Assembly: GCF_009914755.1 (NCBI RefSeq)
Contig: NC_060940.1
Length of the DNA: 64,000 bases
Direction: 5' to 3' (one strand)
Origin: the human T2T-CHM13v2.0 reference genome, Homo sapiens
Shown: positions 18,807-30,459 of the stretch, in pieces
How positions within the stretch are numbered: the first letter of the stretch is position 1
Layout of the letters: each line of letters starts with the position of its first letter
The notes under the pieces: generated by a model
Database searches by the model: none
The model's input: only the letters and a program-made list of their open reading frames with translations
Told to the model about the DNA's origin: nothing
Made by a program: the position numbers and the translations under genes

Positions 18807-19875
18807 GGAACGTGACTAGGAGACGGGGTGGGTGGCAGCTGTCTTCTCTCATCTTCTCCTTTTAAGCCAAACTAGTGGTCTCTGATTAGCTTCTATTTCC
18901 TGGACAATGAGACAGGTCCAAGGGCAGGAAAAATAACTTCATTCAATCCATTAATGCATTCACTCACATAGCACCCATTTATTGGGCACTATTGGGTCTA
19001 CTGCTGTTCCATGCACTAGTTTTACACATGGGGAATATTTGATCAATGCCTTTACGGGGACTTCTTGGTTAGTGGTGGAGGCATTGTGAAGAAAATAATT
19101 ACGTGTATGACTGTTACACAGATGAAAGCAAGTAAAAACAAGGTGGGTACATTTCTAAGATGAGGTTACAGAGAAGCAGGAAAGAGAAGATGCATCCTCA
19201 TAAGTGACACAGTCCCACAAGTCAGCGAGGAACCTTTATGGCCAAGCACACAAGAGCCCCTGGGCAGATGATGGGATAACTCAGGGGTGGTGGGCCAGAA
19301 AGGGCACAATTCTGAGAGCACAGGACAGCTCTGCGATTGGAGTTTGGCCTGAGGACTATGGAGGGGCTCGTCTTCTGCTTGTGTGAATGCCCACCCCCTG
19401 CTTTTAGGGCACCAGTTTCTACCTTGTGTGACACATTACTTTGCCTTACCTAGGTCTACCCATAGGAAGCAGTGGTTACCATCATGGACTCTGGAGTCAG
19501 AGAGCCCTGGGCTGGAATCCTGATTCTGCCACTTAAAACTGTGGACCTGGCCTCTCTGCGCTTCAGTTTCTCATCTGTACGTCCAAAGCCCTCAACGTGG
19601 CATCCAGCAAGTGTTCTTCCATCTGTATTAGCTGTTTTTAGGTCATACTACCCCAATTGGGCCCTAGTGACAGCAGAATGTGTTCCAGCCTCTGCATCCA
19701 TAAAATGGGGATAACGCGACCCATTTTGTAAGGGTTAGAAATAAAATACACAAGGCAGGCAGCACCTGCCTGGCACCTGGCAGGTACTCAGAAACAGGTT
19801 GGTCCCAGAGCAGGGGTAATTCAGAGGGGCAAAGGCAATGGTTAGCATGAGGTGTTCTCCACATTGAGTTCTCAC

Positions 19876-20044
19876 CATTCTCCTGTGCCAGATTCTCCAG
19901 ATATTTCGCCCTCATCTGCTCCTCTTTTGACTTCTTTATCTCTTTGAAGTACTCGTACAGTTCTGGGGGCAGCTTCTCCCCAGGGTTGCGGGGAGGCAGC
20001 AGCAGGGTGTTGTAGGAATCATAGCCCTTCAGCTTCCGCAAGAT
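19876..20044 (-). CDS. HYDIN: HYDIN exon ~37, 169 nt, ILRKLKGYDSYNTLLLPPR...LAQEN
   Basis: gagcAG|ATCTTG ... AGAATG|GTGAGA; phase 0-1. Confidence 0.95.
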
Positions 20045-20527
20045 CTGCTCGAGGGGAGAAAGAGAATCCTGTTGGTCTCACTAGAAATCTCCCTGCAGCT
20101 CTAAGTGGGTCTGCTCACTGATTTTATAAAACTCCTGCTCCTGCCTGAGGCTGAGACTTGTACAAATACTTTCTGGATTTCAAAGAGTGGGGCCCTTTGG
20201 AGAGGTGTCAGAAGTAGGGCTGAGCTCTGAGCCTGTGGGGATACATGATCTTTATTTTGCTCCATTTCAGCCTGGGCATTTCACCTGTGGAAATATGTTT
20301 TCTTCTTGTTTTAAAACTAATATACACTCTTTTCCTTTCTTCCCCATGACAAAATTTCAGAACTCCATTATCTACCTTGAGTGACAATTCATTCTTACCA
20401 ACAATATTGTGGTTAGCAATTTTACATTAAGCAAGGGTGTGGTCTCATAAACAGAGGATCCAGGGGAAAAAAAGAGGTAAAATAGTATTAAGTACGTGTA
20501 TGTGTGCACATGTGTGTGAATGTGTAT

Positions 20528-20713
20528 TAGGGCTGCCAGATAAAATACAAGATGCCTAGTTAAATTTGAGTTTCAGATAAACAATGAATAACTTTTTAGT
20601 ATAAATATGTCCAGTGTAATATTTGAGACATACTAAAAAATATTTGTTATTTATCTGAAATTCAAATTTAACTAGACAGCCTGTATTTTTTTCTCCTAAA
20701 TCTGGCAATCCTA
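20528..20713. mobile_element. MER53 palindromic hAT MITE
   Basis: TIRs tagggctgccaga / tctggcaatccta, long internal inverted repeat, 8-bp TSD atgtgtat/gtgtgtat. Confidence 0.82.
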
Positions 20714-20844
20714 GTGTGTATGTGTATTTATAAGACACAGCAAAATTAAGTTTTAAAAAGCATTTACTTCTTCTACAACCTGATTTATTGGTATCAAAAA
20801 TCTGTTTTGTTAGGTAACCCTTCTTCAGGATCCCCATTTTTAGT

Positions 20845-20914
20845 TATTTGAACACCACTGCTAATAAGCTCCATGTAAATATTTGAACACCACTGCTAAT
20901 AGGCTCCATGTAAA
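20845..20914. repeat. 35-bp tandem duplication (1 mismatch)
   Basis: tatttgaacaccactgctaata(a/g)gctccatgtaaa x2. Confidence 0.95.
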
Positions 20915-21149
20915 ATAAGATCCATGTAAATTTTAGAATTTACATGGAAGGGCAAAATTAAAGCATTAATGAAAAGGAATAAAAGAAGGCTATTGCCCTA
21001 CCAGATGACAAGCCTTATCAGGAAGCTGTAGTAATAGACAGAGTGGCAATGATGCTGGGAAAGACACATTGACCACTGAAATAGAAGAGAGAGCTCAGAA
21101 TTGACCCATTTATTTATGGAACTGTGATAAAGCATAGAGATGGCATAGA

Positions 21150-21430
21150 GAATCTGTGGGCAAAGGAGGCAATATGCCAAAGCCTGGCTGATACAGGGCA
21201 CAAAGGCCTGGCAAACAAGCAGCAACTGGGGCAACTCCAAAGGGCCAACCCAGCCCCAGAGCTTCCTGTGCGATTAGCTGAAGTCTCCATTGCCATCTCA
21301 TCACAGTTCATCTCCCTCTGCCCAACTCTGCTGTCCTATTCTTCACAGATGTTCCTGAGAGTGCCCTCAAGAAACCTCCCACATGCAAATCTCAAGTCTT
21401 AGATTGTGCTTTCCACAGAGCCTGACTCTT
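21150..21430 (+). mobile_element. ERVL LTR16-like fragment
   Basis: ccagccccagagcttcctgtg...cctcccacatgcaaatctc similarity. Confidence 0.5.
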
Positions 21431-22454
21431 GATAGAAGGTGCTGTGCCAACAGAAGCCACTAAGGATCTCATAAATTCCTAATGAAAAGACTCTCCCCAA
21501 AGGGGCAGATTCCCATTCTGAGAAAAACTTCTGGGAGCAGACTGCAAACTAAGCAGGCTATCAACACTGGAAGTAAAGAAGACAGAAGATTCAAAGGCTG
21601 AGTGGGGGAGGGTCCAGAGGAAGCAGAACCCCCACTCAGCTAAGCCACCTTCAAATTTCTGACCCACAGAAAGCACGAGATGACAAATGTTTATTGTTTT
21701 AAGTTGGTAAGTTTGGGGCTAATTTGTTATGCAGCAAAAGATAACAAATATAGCGTTGGGCTTCATGGACAAGAATACCTTATGAGGAAACAATGGAGCA
21801 ACATATTTAAAATAGTCAAGTGAAGAAAATGTAAGCCAAGAATATTGTATCTGATCTTCAAAAGTCACAGATAAATGGTTACGAATGTTTGAATACTCAG
21901 AGAATGTCATTCCCATGATCTCTGCCTGAGAAATCCACCAGAGAATGAGCTGTAGACAACCCAGAAGTGATTGGAGAAGCTCCACTGTAAGGATTGGTGT
22001 TGGGCATTCAATATGTCTTAGTGTAAAACTAAGACTCCATGATGGAAATTAAGTCCTGATACCTTAATACTATAAGCTCTGACAATATAGATAAAATACA
22101 AGTAGGAAATATGGGGGAAGGGTACATGAGATGACTACTCAGCTGGTATTAACTGGAAATAAAATCATTTTAAATTAGAGGATGGAAAGGGGAGAAGGAA
22201 AAAGAGATTACTAGCTAATTTTAATATTGCTCACAAGAGGGAATTAAGAGGCCGTTTCAAAGAGCACGGCACTAAGGTTATTACACAAAGGTGTAGCTCA
22301 AGGTAGGGCAGCAGGGTGGGAGCATGAGATGTGGATTTGGGGGGAGCTGCTGGAACACAGCACAGAGGCCTCACCATGCTTATGGATAATATGACTCAGT
22401 AGCCTTACTGTTAGTAGGAATATTGATATTACTATTTTGAAGCTATTTTATTAA

Positions 22455-23033
<579 letters not shown>

Positions 23034-23369
23034 AAATGTATATTTTATAAGATAAATTGATAAGTAAGTTTATATCCATGATTTTCAAGAGAAAGCAGAA
23101 ACAAATGTATCATTGAAGAATTTAGATAAAATCCTATAATCTTAAATTGGAATTTGAAACATCATTATGTGTTATGATTTTTTTCCCCTCTTAAAAATCA
23201 CATTTCCTAATTCTATTTACTAAAAAGACCTAGAAAGTCACAATCCAGTGGTCCAGACTGTGATCTCTAAATGCTATTTCATACTAAAAGGAACAAGGGC
23301 TCCTTGGAGAAATGATTGACTCCAGGTCTGGGCAGGAAATGAACCCGTCAAGTCTGGGACATCTTAGGA

Positions 23370-25460
23370 GTGTCCTCCCTGCCAGTGGGTAACAAGACTT
23401 CACCTCCCCCCAAATCTGTCAGTAAAGCCCATGTAGGGAGCCTGGACTTCCACGTCCATCTGGTGGTAAAGAAATGCCCCTCCTCCCCTCTGCTGGGGTG
23501 GTGTCAGCTGAGGTCTAGTGGGAGTCAGAACTTTTGTCATTACCCAGTGGTCCTGGGTAGTACGGCTACCCCTCTATTTTTCCATGCAGAGTCAGTGGAG
23601 TCCGTGTGGAGAGTAGTAACAAGGCACTCCTGCCCCTCCCAGCCAGGAAGGTATCAATGGAGGCCTTGCGGAGAGCCAGAAATACCACTCCTGCCCAGCA
23701 GTAATGAAGAGCTCCTCCTACTGTTTGTCAAAGAAGGCCAAGGAGGGAACCTAGACTATTACCTGCATCTGGCAGTAAGAAGGCAGTGCCCCCTTCTCCT
23801 TGCCCAAGTCATTTCAGAAAAGGCCAGTTAAAACAAAATTTAAATAAGGTCCAGAGTCTCATAACATAATACCAAAAACGCCCAGGTTTTAACTAAAAAT
23901 CCTTCATCATAGTAACAACCAGGAAAACTTCAGCTTGAATGACAAAAGAAAATGAATAGATATCAACTTCAAGGTAATAGTGATATTAGTTATCTTTCAA
24001 AGATTCTAAAGCAGCCATCATTGTAATGCTTTAGTGAACAATTATGAACATACTTGAAGCAAATAAAAAAAAGAAAGTCTTAGCAAAGAAACACAAGATA
24101 TAAAAAAGAACCAAATGAAAATTTTAGAACGTAAAAATATAGTTACCAAAATAAAAACTCAATATGTGGGCAGAATGAAATGGATGGAGAAGAAAATCAG
24201 CAAACTTGAAGATAAAATAATAGAAATTACTTACTCTGGATAACAGAGAAAATAGACTTAAAAAAAAGAAAAGAGCCTCAAAGAACTGTAAAACTGTAAC
24301 AAAACAAAATATGAGTGTCATTTGAGCCCTGGAAGGAGAGTAGAAAGAGCATGAGGCTGAAAAAGGTACTTGAATAATGCCTGAAAAATTTCCAAGTTGG
24401 AAAGAAGATAAAGATCAACAGATTCAAGAAACTCAGCAAATCCCAAAATCAATAAACCAAAGAAATTTATGCCAAGACACATTATAGTCAAACTTCTGTA
24501 AACTAAGACACAGAAAAATTCCTGAAAGCAGTGAGAGAGAGATGAAATCTTCCCTACAGAGGAAAAAAAATAATTCAAATGACATTGGATTTCTCATTAG
24601 ACCATGGAGGCCAGAAGAAAGTGGCATATATTTCAAGGGATGAAAGAACTGTCAGCTCAGAATTCTATATCCAGTGAGCAAATCCTTCAAGGATGAGAGG
24701 GGAAGTCAAGGCATTCTCAGATGAAGGAAAACTAAGAAATTTCTATCAGCAGGCATACCCTAACAACAGAGCTAAAGGTAGCTCTCTAAACAGAAAGTTA
24801 ATAATAAAAGAAGAAATCTTGGCGTATCAGAAAAGAAGAAAGAACAGAAAGAGTAAAAAGAGAGACAAATATAATACATTTTCTCTTTCCTCTGGGGTCT
24901 TCAAATGTATGTTTGACAGTTGAAACAATAATTATAGTGCTAGCTAATATAAGAAAAATATTTAAGACAGTTATATTAAAAATCGGAAGGCTGAAGGGAG
25001 TTAAATGGAGGAAAGTTTTCTAAATACACTAGAACTGCTAAAATGTCAATACCAGTGATTGACATTTAATCATTGACAGTCAATGATTATAATGTTATGT
25101 ATAGATAATGTAATACCTACAGCAATAACTAAAGGAGCTATACAAAGAGATACACCCAAAAAACACTCTGGGTAAATAAAAATGGAATTTTAAATAATGT
25201 TGAAGCAACTGATAGGAAAGTAGGAAAAAGTAAACAAAAAATTCCTGAAAGCAAAAAATTCCAAAAAACAATAAAACATGCAATGGCAGACTTAAGTCCT
25301 GAAATAGCAATAACTACACTAAATGTAAACTAAATATATCAACTAAAGTCTAAATATATCAACTAAAGTTAGAGACTGATAGCATATTTTTTAAAATGAC
25401 CCAATTACATGCTGTCTACAAGTAACTCAACTTCAAATACAATGATATTGACAAGTTGCT
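23370..25460 (+). mobile_element. Degenerate old L1M (5'UTR/ORF1/ORF2 start)
   Basis: A-rich strand bias; ORF1-like remnants (acattatagtcaaactt, agaattctatatccag, KAFSDEGKLR). Confidence 0.7.
25330..25369. repeat. Perfect 20-bp tandem duplication
   Basis: ctaaatatatcaactaaagt x2. Confidence 0.93.
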
Positions 25461-25667
25461 ATATACGGTTCTTTACTGTTGGAATTTTAACCATGAACAT
25501 GCATTAGCTTTTCAATTAGTTGCTTAAAATGTCTAGGATTTTACTCAGGTCAAGGGAAGTAGGTCAGAAAAGGCTATAGGGAAGTAATCACTAAATTGAC
25601 AAGGAAGAATTCAAGGGGAAAAAGATGGGAACGTGTAGAAAAACAGTTTGGTTTGACCTCTGCTCAC

Positions 25668-25907
25668 CTTTTCTTCTATGAGATACTGCTGATCAAATTC
25701 TAAGGAATAAAACTCAATGGGGAAGTTGCAGGGATTCTTCACTATCACCTCGGCCTCGTCTCCAGGTGCACAAAGTAGCAGTGGCCCCAGATCCAGGACT
25801 GAAGGACTAAATTCCAGGCGTGGCTCTAGACCTTGCCCACGTGCCAGGAGGGTAAGCTTTTGAGCACTCTGGGCAATCTGAAACACCAGGGTTTGGCTGT
25901 AGAATTT
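25668..25907 (-). CDS. HYDIN: HYDIN exon ~36, 240 nt, KFYSQTLVFQIAQ...QQYLIEEK
   Basis: tttccAG|AAATTC ... GAAAAG|GTGAGC; phase 0-0. Confidence 0.95.
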
Positions 25908-27827
25908 CTGGAAAACATAAAAACAAAACAAGCATCTGAGTTTATTTCCATTACATGTCATGTAAAACAAAACACTGCTGAGGGGAAAAAACTTATCTAT
26001 TTAGATTAAGGGAGAAAACTTATTATAAAATTGCATAAGAGTAATTTTTATTACCGAATTAACATAAGTACTGGGTATTTAGCATGCCAAGCATTGTACC
26101 AAGTGCTAGATATCAAATAAATTCTGGGTATCTAGCATTCTAGCACTTGTACCAAGTGCTTCATCGTTTGTAGCAAGCCCTCTGAGTATCACTTTCACAT
26201 CCCTCAAATCTTCCAGTGTGCTCAGACTTCCAGCTGCCACTGTCTGCATCTCTGGGCCTGAAGGTTCTCATTTCATGGAACCTGCTGTCCATGGGCAGGG
26301 GAGGGCAGGGCAAAAATGCCAGGGAAATGATACCATCTGGAATTAGTTATTAAGCAATGACTCTGGGGATTTACGGTAAAAAGACCCCAGCTCCCTTGCT
26401 CCTGAGGAGTGATGATTCTGAAGTGTGTACTTTGTGTATTTTCCCAGAGTTTGGCAGAATGCCAGAGCTGGGGCATTCAGTTCATCAGATACAATTACAA
26501 CCAGATACTGGTTAATAGTGATATCATAACTACTCACATGTTTTCTCAAAATGGTACCCAAATCTACATTGCATCCCATAGTTCCTAGTCTGATTTCACT
26601 GGGGAACCTATTAAACATGCAGATCCTCAGATTCCATCCCTAGAAATCCTGACTCTGTAGGGGCAGAGTAAGGCTGGGATTCAGCATTTTTAACCAGATG
26701 CCTAGGTTATTCTGGTATAGCTGGACTTGTAGCTTGGTTTGAGAGGAAATTACGCAAATCACAATCTGAAGACCTCCTATCTTAGCTTGAAGGGGAAAAA
26801 GCAAATGGATGGAATGTATACAGACATACACACAGAAATATCTATTTCTGGACACAAAAAGATAAATTACTGGCTAAGAAGGGTTTCTCTATAGTTATGG
26901 GCTTAGTACCTTATGATTCAAACTTCTGTATTTTAATTGCTCCTTATGGAAATCTTTCTAAAACATTTCATTCATTTTCTTGAACATGTTATCATGCCTA
27001 AGAATTGTTGGTGTGGATGTCACTGATTTCTTGGTGCTGCTGATGTTGATGATGATGCAGATATATGGATCGTATGGGTTGCAGGGCTAACCAATTCCTT
27101 GTATACAGCTAATAAATTTCTCTCTTAATTGGTGGAAACATTTTACTAACTTTGACCAATTCCAACTCAACATTCATGAAACTGCTTGAACAAATCTATT
27201 TTTTTTTTTTACTATATTTCCCTCATTAAGTAATGGAAAAAAAATCCACAATCTTGAGTAAACCCTTTGAAAATTTTAAGACTCTTTAAGAATGACAAAC
27301 ATATTACTAATTTTCTTTTAAATGGACTGGGAAGATTTTGATAATGATAAAAACATGGGTTTTATTTTAGAATGAGATAGGAAGTCATTTGCTTTTTCTC
27401 TTTCTCACTGAAGGTGCTTAAGCATTTCCTCAAAGCGATTACAAGGAAAATGGGAGTTAACCATAGCTCTTCTATAAAACACAAATCAATTTTTCTTTTA
27501 AAATAACAGAATAGAGAAAAATATATTTCCCAAGTGCCTTAGGCTTTGAATAAAAGTCTTTACAGTGCAACCTCTTGAGATTCTCTGGTTCGAGGATTTT
27601 ATTAATTTTATTATGTTCCTGGTCAGAAGTAGCTTTGAGTTGATTATGTTCACAAAAGAAACATTTATGAGGCTCCGGGAGGCCATCTACTGGGACGTAC
27701 TTTTCACGACTACTGATGATAATAGTTAATAGTTATTGAGAGATTTACTTACATAGAGCAGCACACTGTGTACTTTATTCAATACTGTGCATTTAATCTT
27801 CAAAATGACCTTAGGAGGTAGTCATTA

Positions 27828-28155
27828 CAGGTTGACAATAAGTTATCTGAAACCCAGGGGCCAGATACTTTCAAATTCAGATTTTTCAAATAGTAAACAC
27901 AGTGCATATACCCTATGTTACCTAATACCCTCAGCAGGGTCTGGGGCAGGTCCCCTGTAATCAAACACATTAACAGTTGTTGGCAATGTTTGACTCTGAA
28001 AACTAAGTTGTACAAATAAAGGTTAAATGGTGTCATGTCAGTTCAGATGAGATTTTTCTGCCAAATGAGTTTTAGTGCGAAGCTTATGAAATCTCAAACC
28101 CCCCACCCCCAGTTTTGGATCTTACTGGGTTTCAGAATTTCAATAAGGACTTCTG
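27828..28155. mobile_element. MER46C-like Tigger MITE
   Basis: tacaggttgacaat...atctgaaacccaggggccagat similarity. Confidence 0.55.
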
Positions 28156-28490
28156 ATATGCAACATGACTATTTTTTCTTTTATCTATGAGTGAACTGAG
28201 ACTGAATGAGGCTAAGTAATTTCCTCAAAGACACACAGCATGTAAGTGTGCAGAGGCAGAAGGCTACTAACCCAGGCCTTCTGATAAAAACTGATGTGTT
28301 AGTCCAATGATTCCAGACCACCAGGCCACACAGCTCCTATGTGAACCAGAAGTGCTTGAGATGCCATATTCAGAAAAGCAAGGCACAGGTCACTCGAAGC
28401 TTCCCTTGAGACCCAAACAAGCATGGACTTTGAGTAAAGCTCAAAGAGGTCCAGAGAATCTAAATGAAGCCATATTTCTTTAAAGCTCAC

Positions 28491-28640
28491 CTCTTCTTTT
28501 GGCATGAATTTCACTTGCACGTTGGACTTCTCACCAGGATCCAAGACTCCAGAAATGGGCTGGATTTCGAAGATCCGTGTCTTTGGCTTTAATTCAGCGC
28601 GTAGTTTCTGTCTTAAGTACTTCGGCATGTGTTTCTCCAG
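28491..28640 (-). CDS. HYDIN: HYDIN exon ~35, 150 nt, LEKHMPKYLRQK...KFMPKEE
   Basis: aaaccAG|CTGGAG ... GAAGAG|GTGAGC; phase 0-0. Confidence 0.94.
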
Positions 28641-28976
28641 CTGGTTTATAAATATTAGAGAATTAGATCATCTTCTATGGAAAATGAGCTCATTCACCTT
28701 CCACTCACACAACCCACATTTCCTGAGTACCTCTCAGGTGTCGGGGAATGTGTAGATACCAGAGGTGCAAAGATGAATAAGACATTCCACCCGACAGCAT
28801 GGCCTGATAGGACCTCAAGCGCTGGGCTAAGGGCCCAGGTTTTATTCAGGAGGCAATGGTTGCCACTGAAAGTCTTTGAGCAGGAGATTGAAATGATGAG
28901 CGCCAAGACCTAGAGTTACAAATCTGGCTGCAATGGAGATGGAGAAAGGAGGACCAATGGGCCACAGCTCATTTAC

Positions 28977-29168
28977 CTTGTCAACAGGCTTTTGGCTCTG
29001 GACGAACCATTCACAAGGGACTTGGAGATGATTGGAAAGCTGAATAGTTTCCACCAGGCACTGTCCACACTGAATTGTGGCAAAGTCCACTTTTCCACGA
29101 GAGAGAGTCATGGTTGGAATGGTCACCTTGGCTTGGAGACAGATGTGAACTGTTGGCCCTCCAACCAC
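28977..29168 (-). CDS. HYDIN: HYDIN exon ~34, 192 nt, VVGGPTVHICLQAKV...QKPVDK
   Basis: tctctAG|GTGGTT ... GACAAG|GTAAAT; phase 0-0. Confidence 0.95.
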
Positions 29169-29320
29169 CTAGAGAGGGTATAAACTGCAGTTATCATGTG
29201 TCATGGGGTTGGGGAAAGGAAGAATCATGGCTCTGACATAATAACTGGATTATCCCAGGGGCCATCAGCAAGCAGAGCTGGAAACCTGCAGGTCCGGGTG
29301 GGCCCAGCGGTGCCTTGTAC

Positions 29321-29448
29321 CTTGATGGGCAGAATGACTTCTTTGCTTCCAACAGGAAGATTGGCCCCCTGTGGGTCAAATCTCACTTCAAATATTTCCG
29401 TTTCACAATGAGGTAGATTCTTTACACGATCTAGCTCAGTACTGAATC
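29321..29448 (-). CDS. HYDIN: HYDIN exon ~33, 128 nt, GFSTELDRVKNLP...EVILPIK
   Basis: ggtccAG|GATTCA ... ATCAAG|GTACAA; phase 1-0. Confidence 0.94.
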
Positions 29449-29681
29449 CTGGACCAAGACAAAAAAAAATTTCTTCATGGAAAAGAGAAACAGCAAACAA
29501 GAGCTGCTCTAGAGAAAGCCCCCACTGGGTCAGAATGACTGCTCAGAGGATCACTGAATAGCCCAAGAATCCTTTTAGCTGATCCCAGAGGCACAAAAGC
29601 TGCTCCAGGAGGACAGTACTGATGGGTTCCTTGAGAGAAATGACCAAGTGCAATAGGAAAGGGTCTCCCCAGCCTGGGTAC

Positions 29682-29818
29682 CTGTCTCATGAAGGACACG
29701 CTTGTCTGCATGGAATGACACTGGAAAGTGACTGGTGTTGATGATCTTGATGATGTGGGTTCGGACTTCGCCAAGGATGATGTAGCCAAAGTCCAGGATG
29801 TACTCTGGTAGCTGGATT
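29682..29818 (-). CDS. HYDIN: HYDIN exon ~32, 137 nt, IQLPEYILDFGYIILG...RVLHET
   Basis: atttcAG|AATCCA ... AGACAG|GTACCC; phase 2-1. Confidence 0.93.
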
Positions 29819-30283
29819 CTGAAATGGTTAATAGACCTTACTAGTCACTTTCAAACCTGGAAGGCTACTTTTCCAAAAGTGAGTGAGTCTGATTTTTTTT
29901 TTCTACCTCCTGTGCACAGTTTTATTCTCCAGAGTGGAGAACAACAAATGGCTACCCAAATGGAGACTAGAAACAACGTTAACTCCCCCAGAGATTCACA
30001 CCACTGTTTTGGCCATTATCTCAGAACATGTTCAGCATGGGCCCTTATGGACCTGAAGTGAAGCCTGTCCATTAGACATAGCTATAATGTTCTCACTCTA
30101 AGAGGCAGAAAGCTGCCCAGTTGGCTTGATGCTAGGGGATGGCGGATAAGTGAGGAGAGTGGATTTCATTGCGAGGTGATCAGCCAGTGTTTCCGGGAGT
30201 GTGCTGCACGAGGCAGCACTGCTTGCTCTGCTACACTCTGAAACAAGCACAGCACAGAAAGGCAGTCACTGGAAACCACTCAC

Positions 30284-30417
30284 TTGGCCAGTTTGCGGCG
30301 ACTCCGATGGCTGAAGCAGGGGTCATCCATAGGATCAGGGGTGGTTGTTTTCTGATGTTCTAGGACATAGCTTTGGACTATAAGTCTTTCTACCTCCATC
30401 TGGAGATGAGCACTTAC
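30284..30417 (-). CDS. HYDIN: HYDIN exon ~31, 134 nt, VSAHLQMEVERLIVQ...RRKLAK
   Basis: gcttcAG|GTAAGT ... GGCCAA|GTGAGT; phase 0-2. Confidence 0.93.
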
Positions 30418-30459
30418 CTGAAGCAAGAAGGAAGAGCAAGTCAGCAAATTCTTTAGGAA

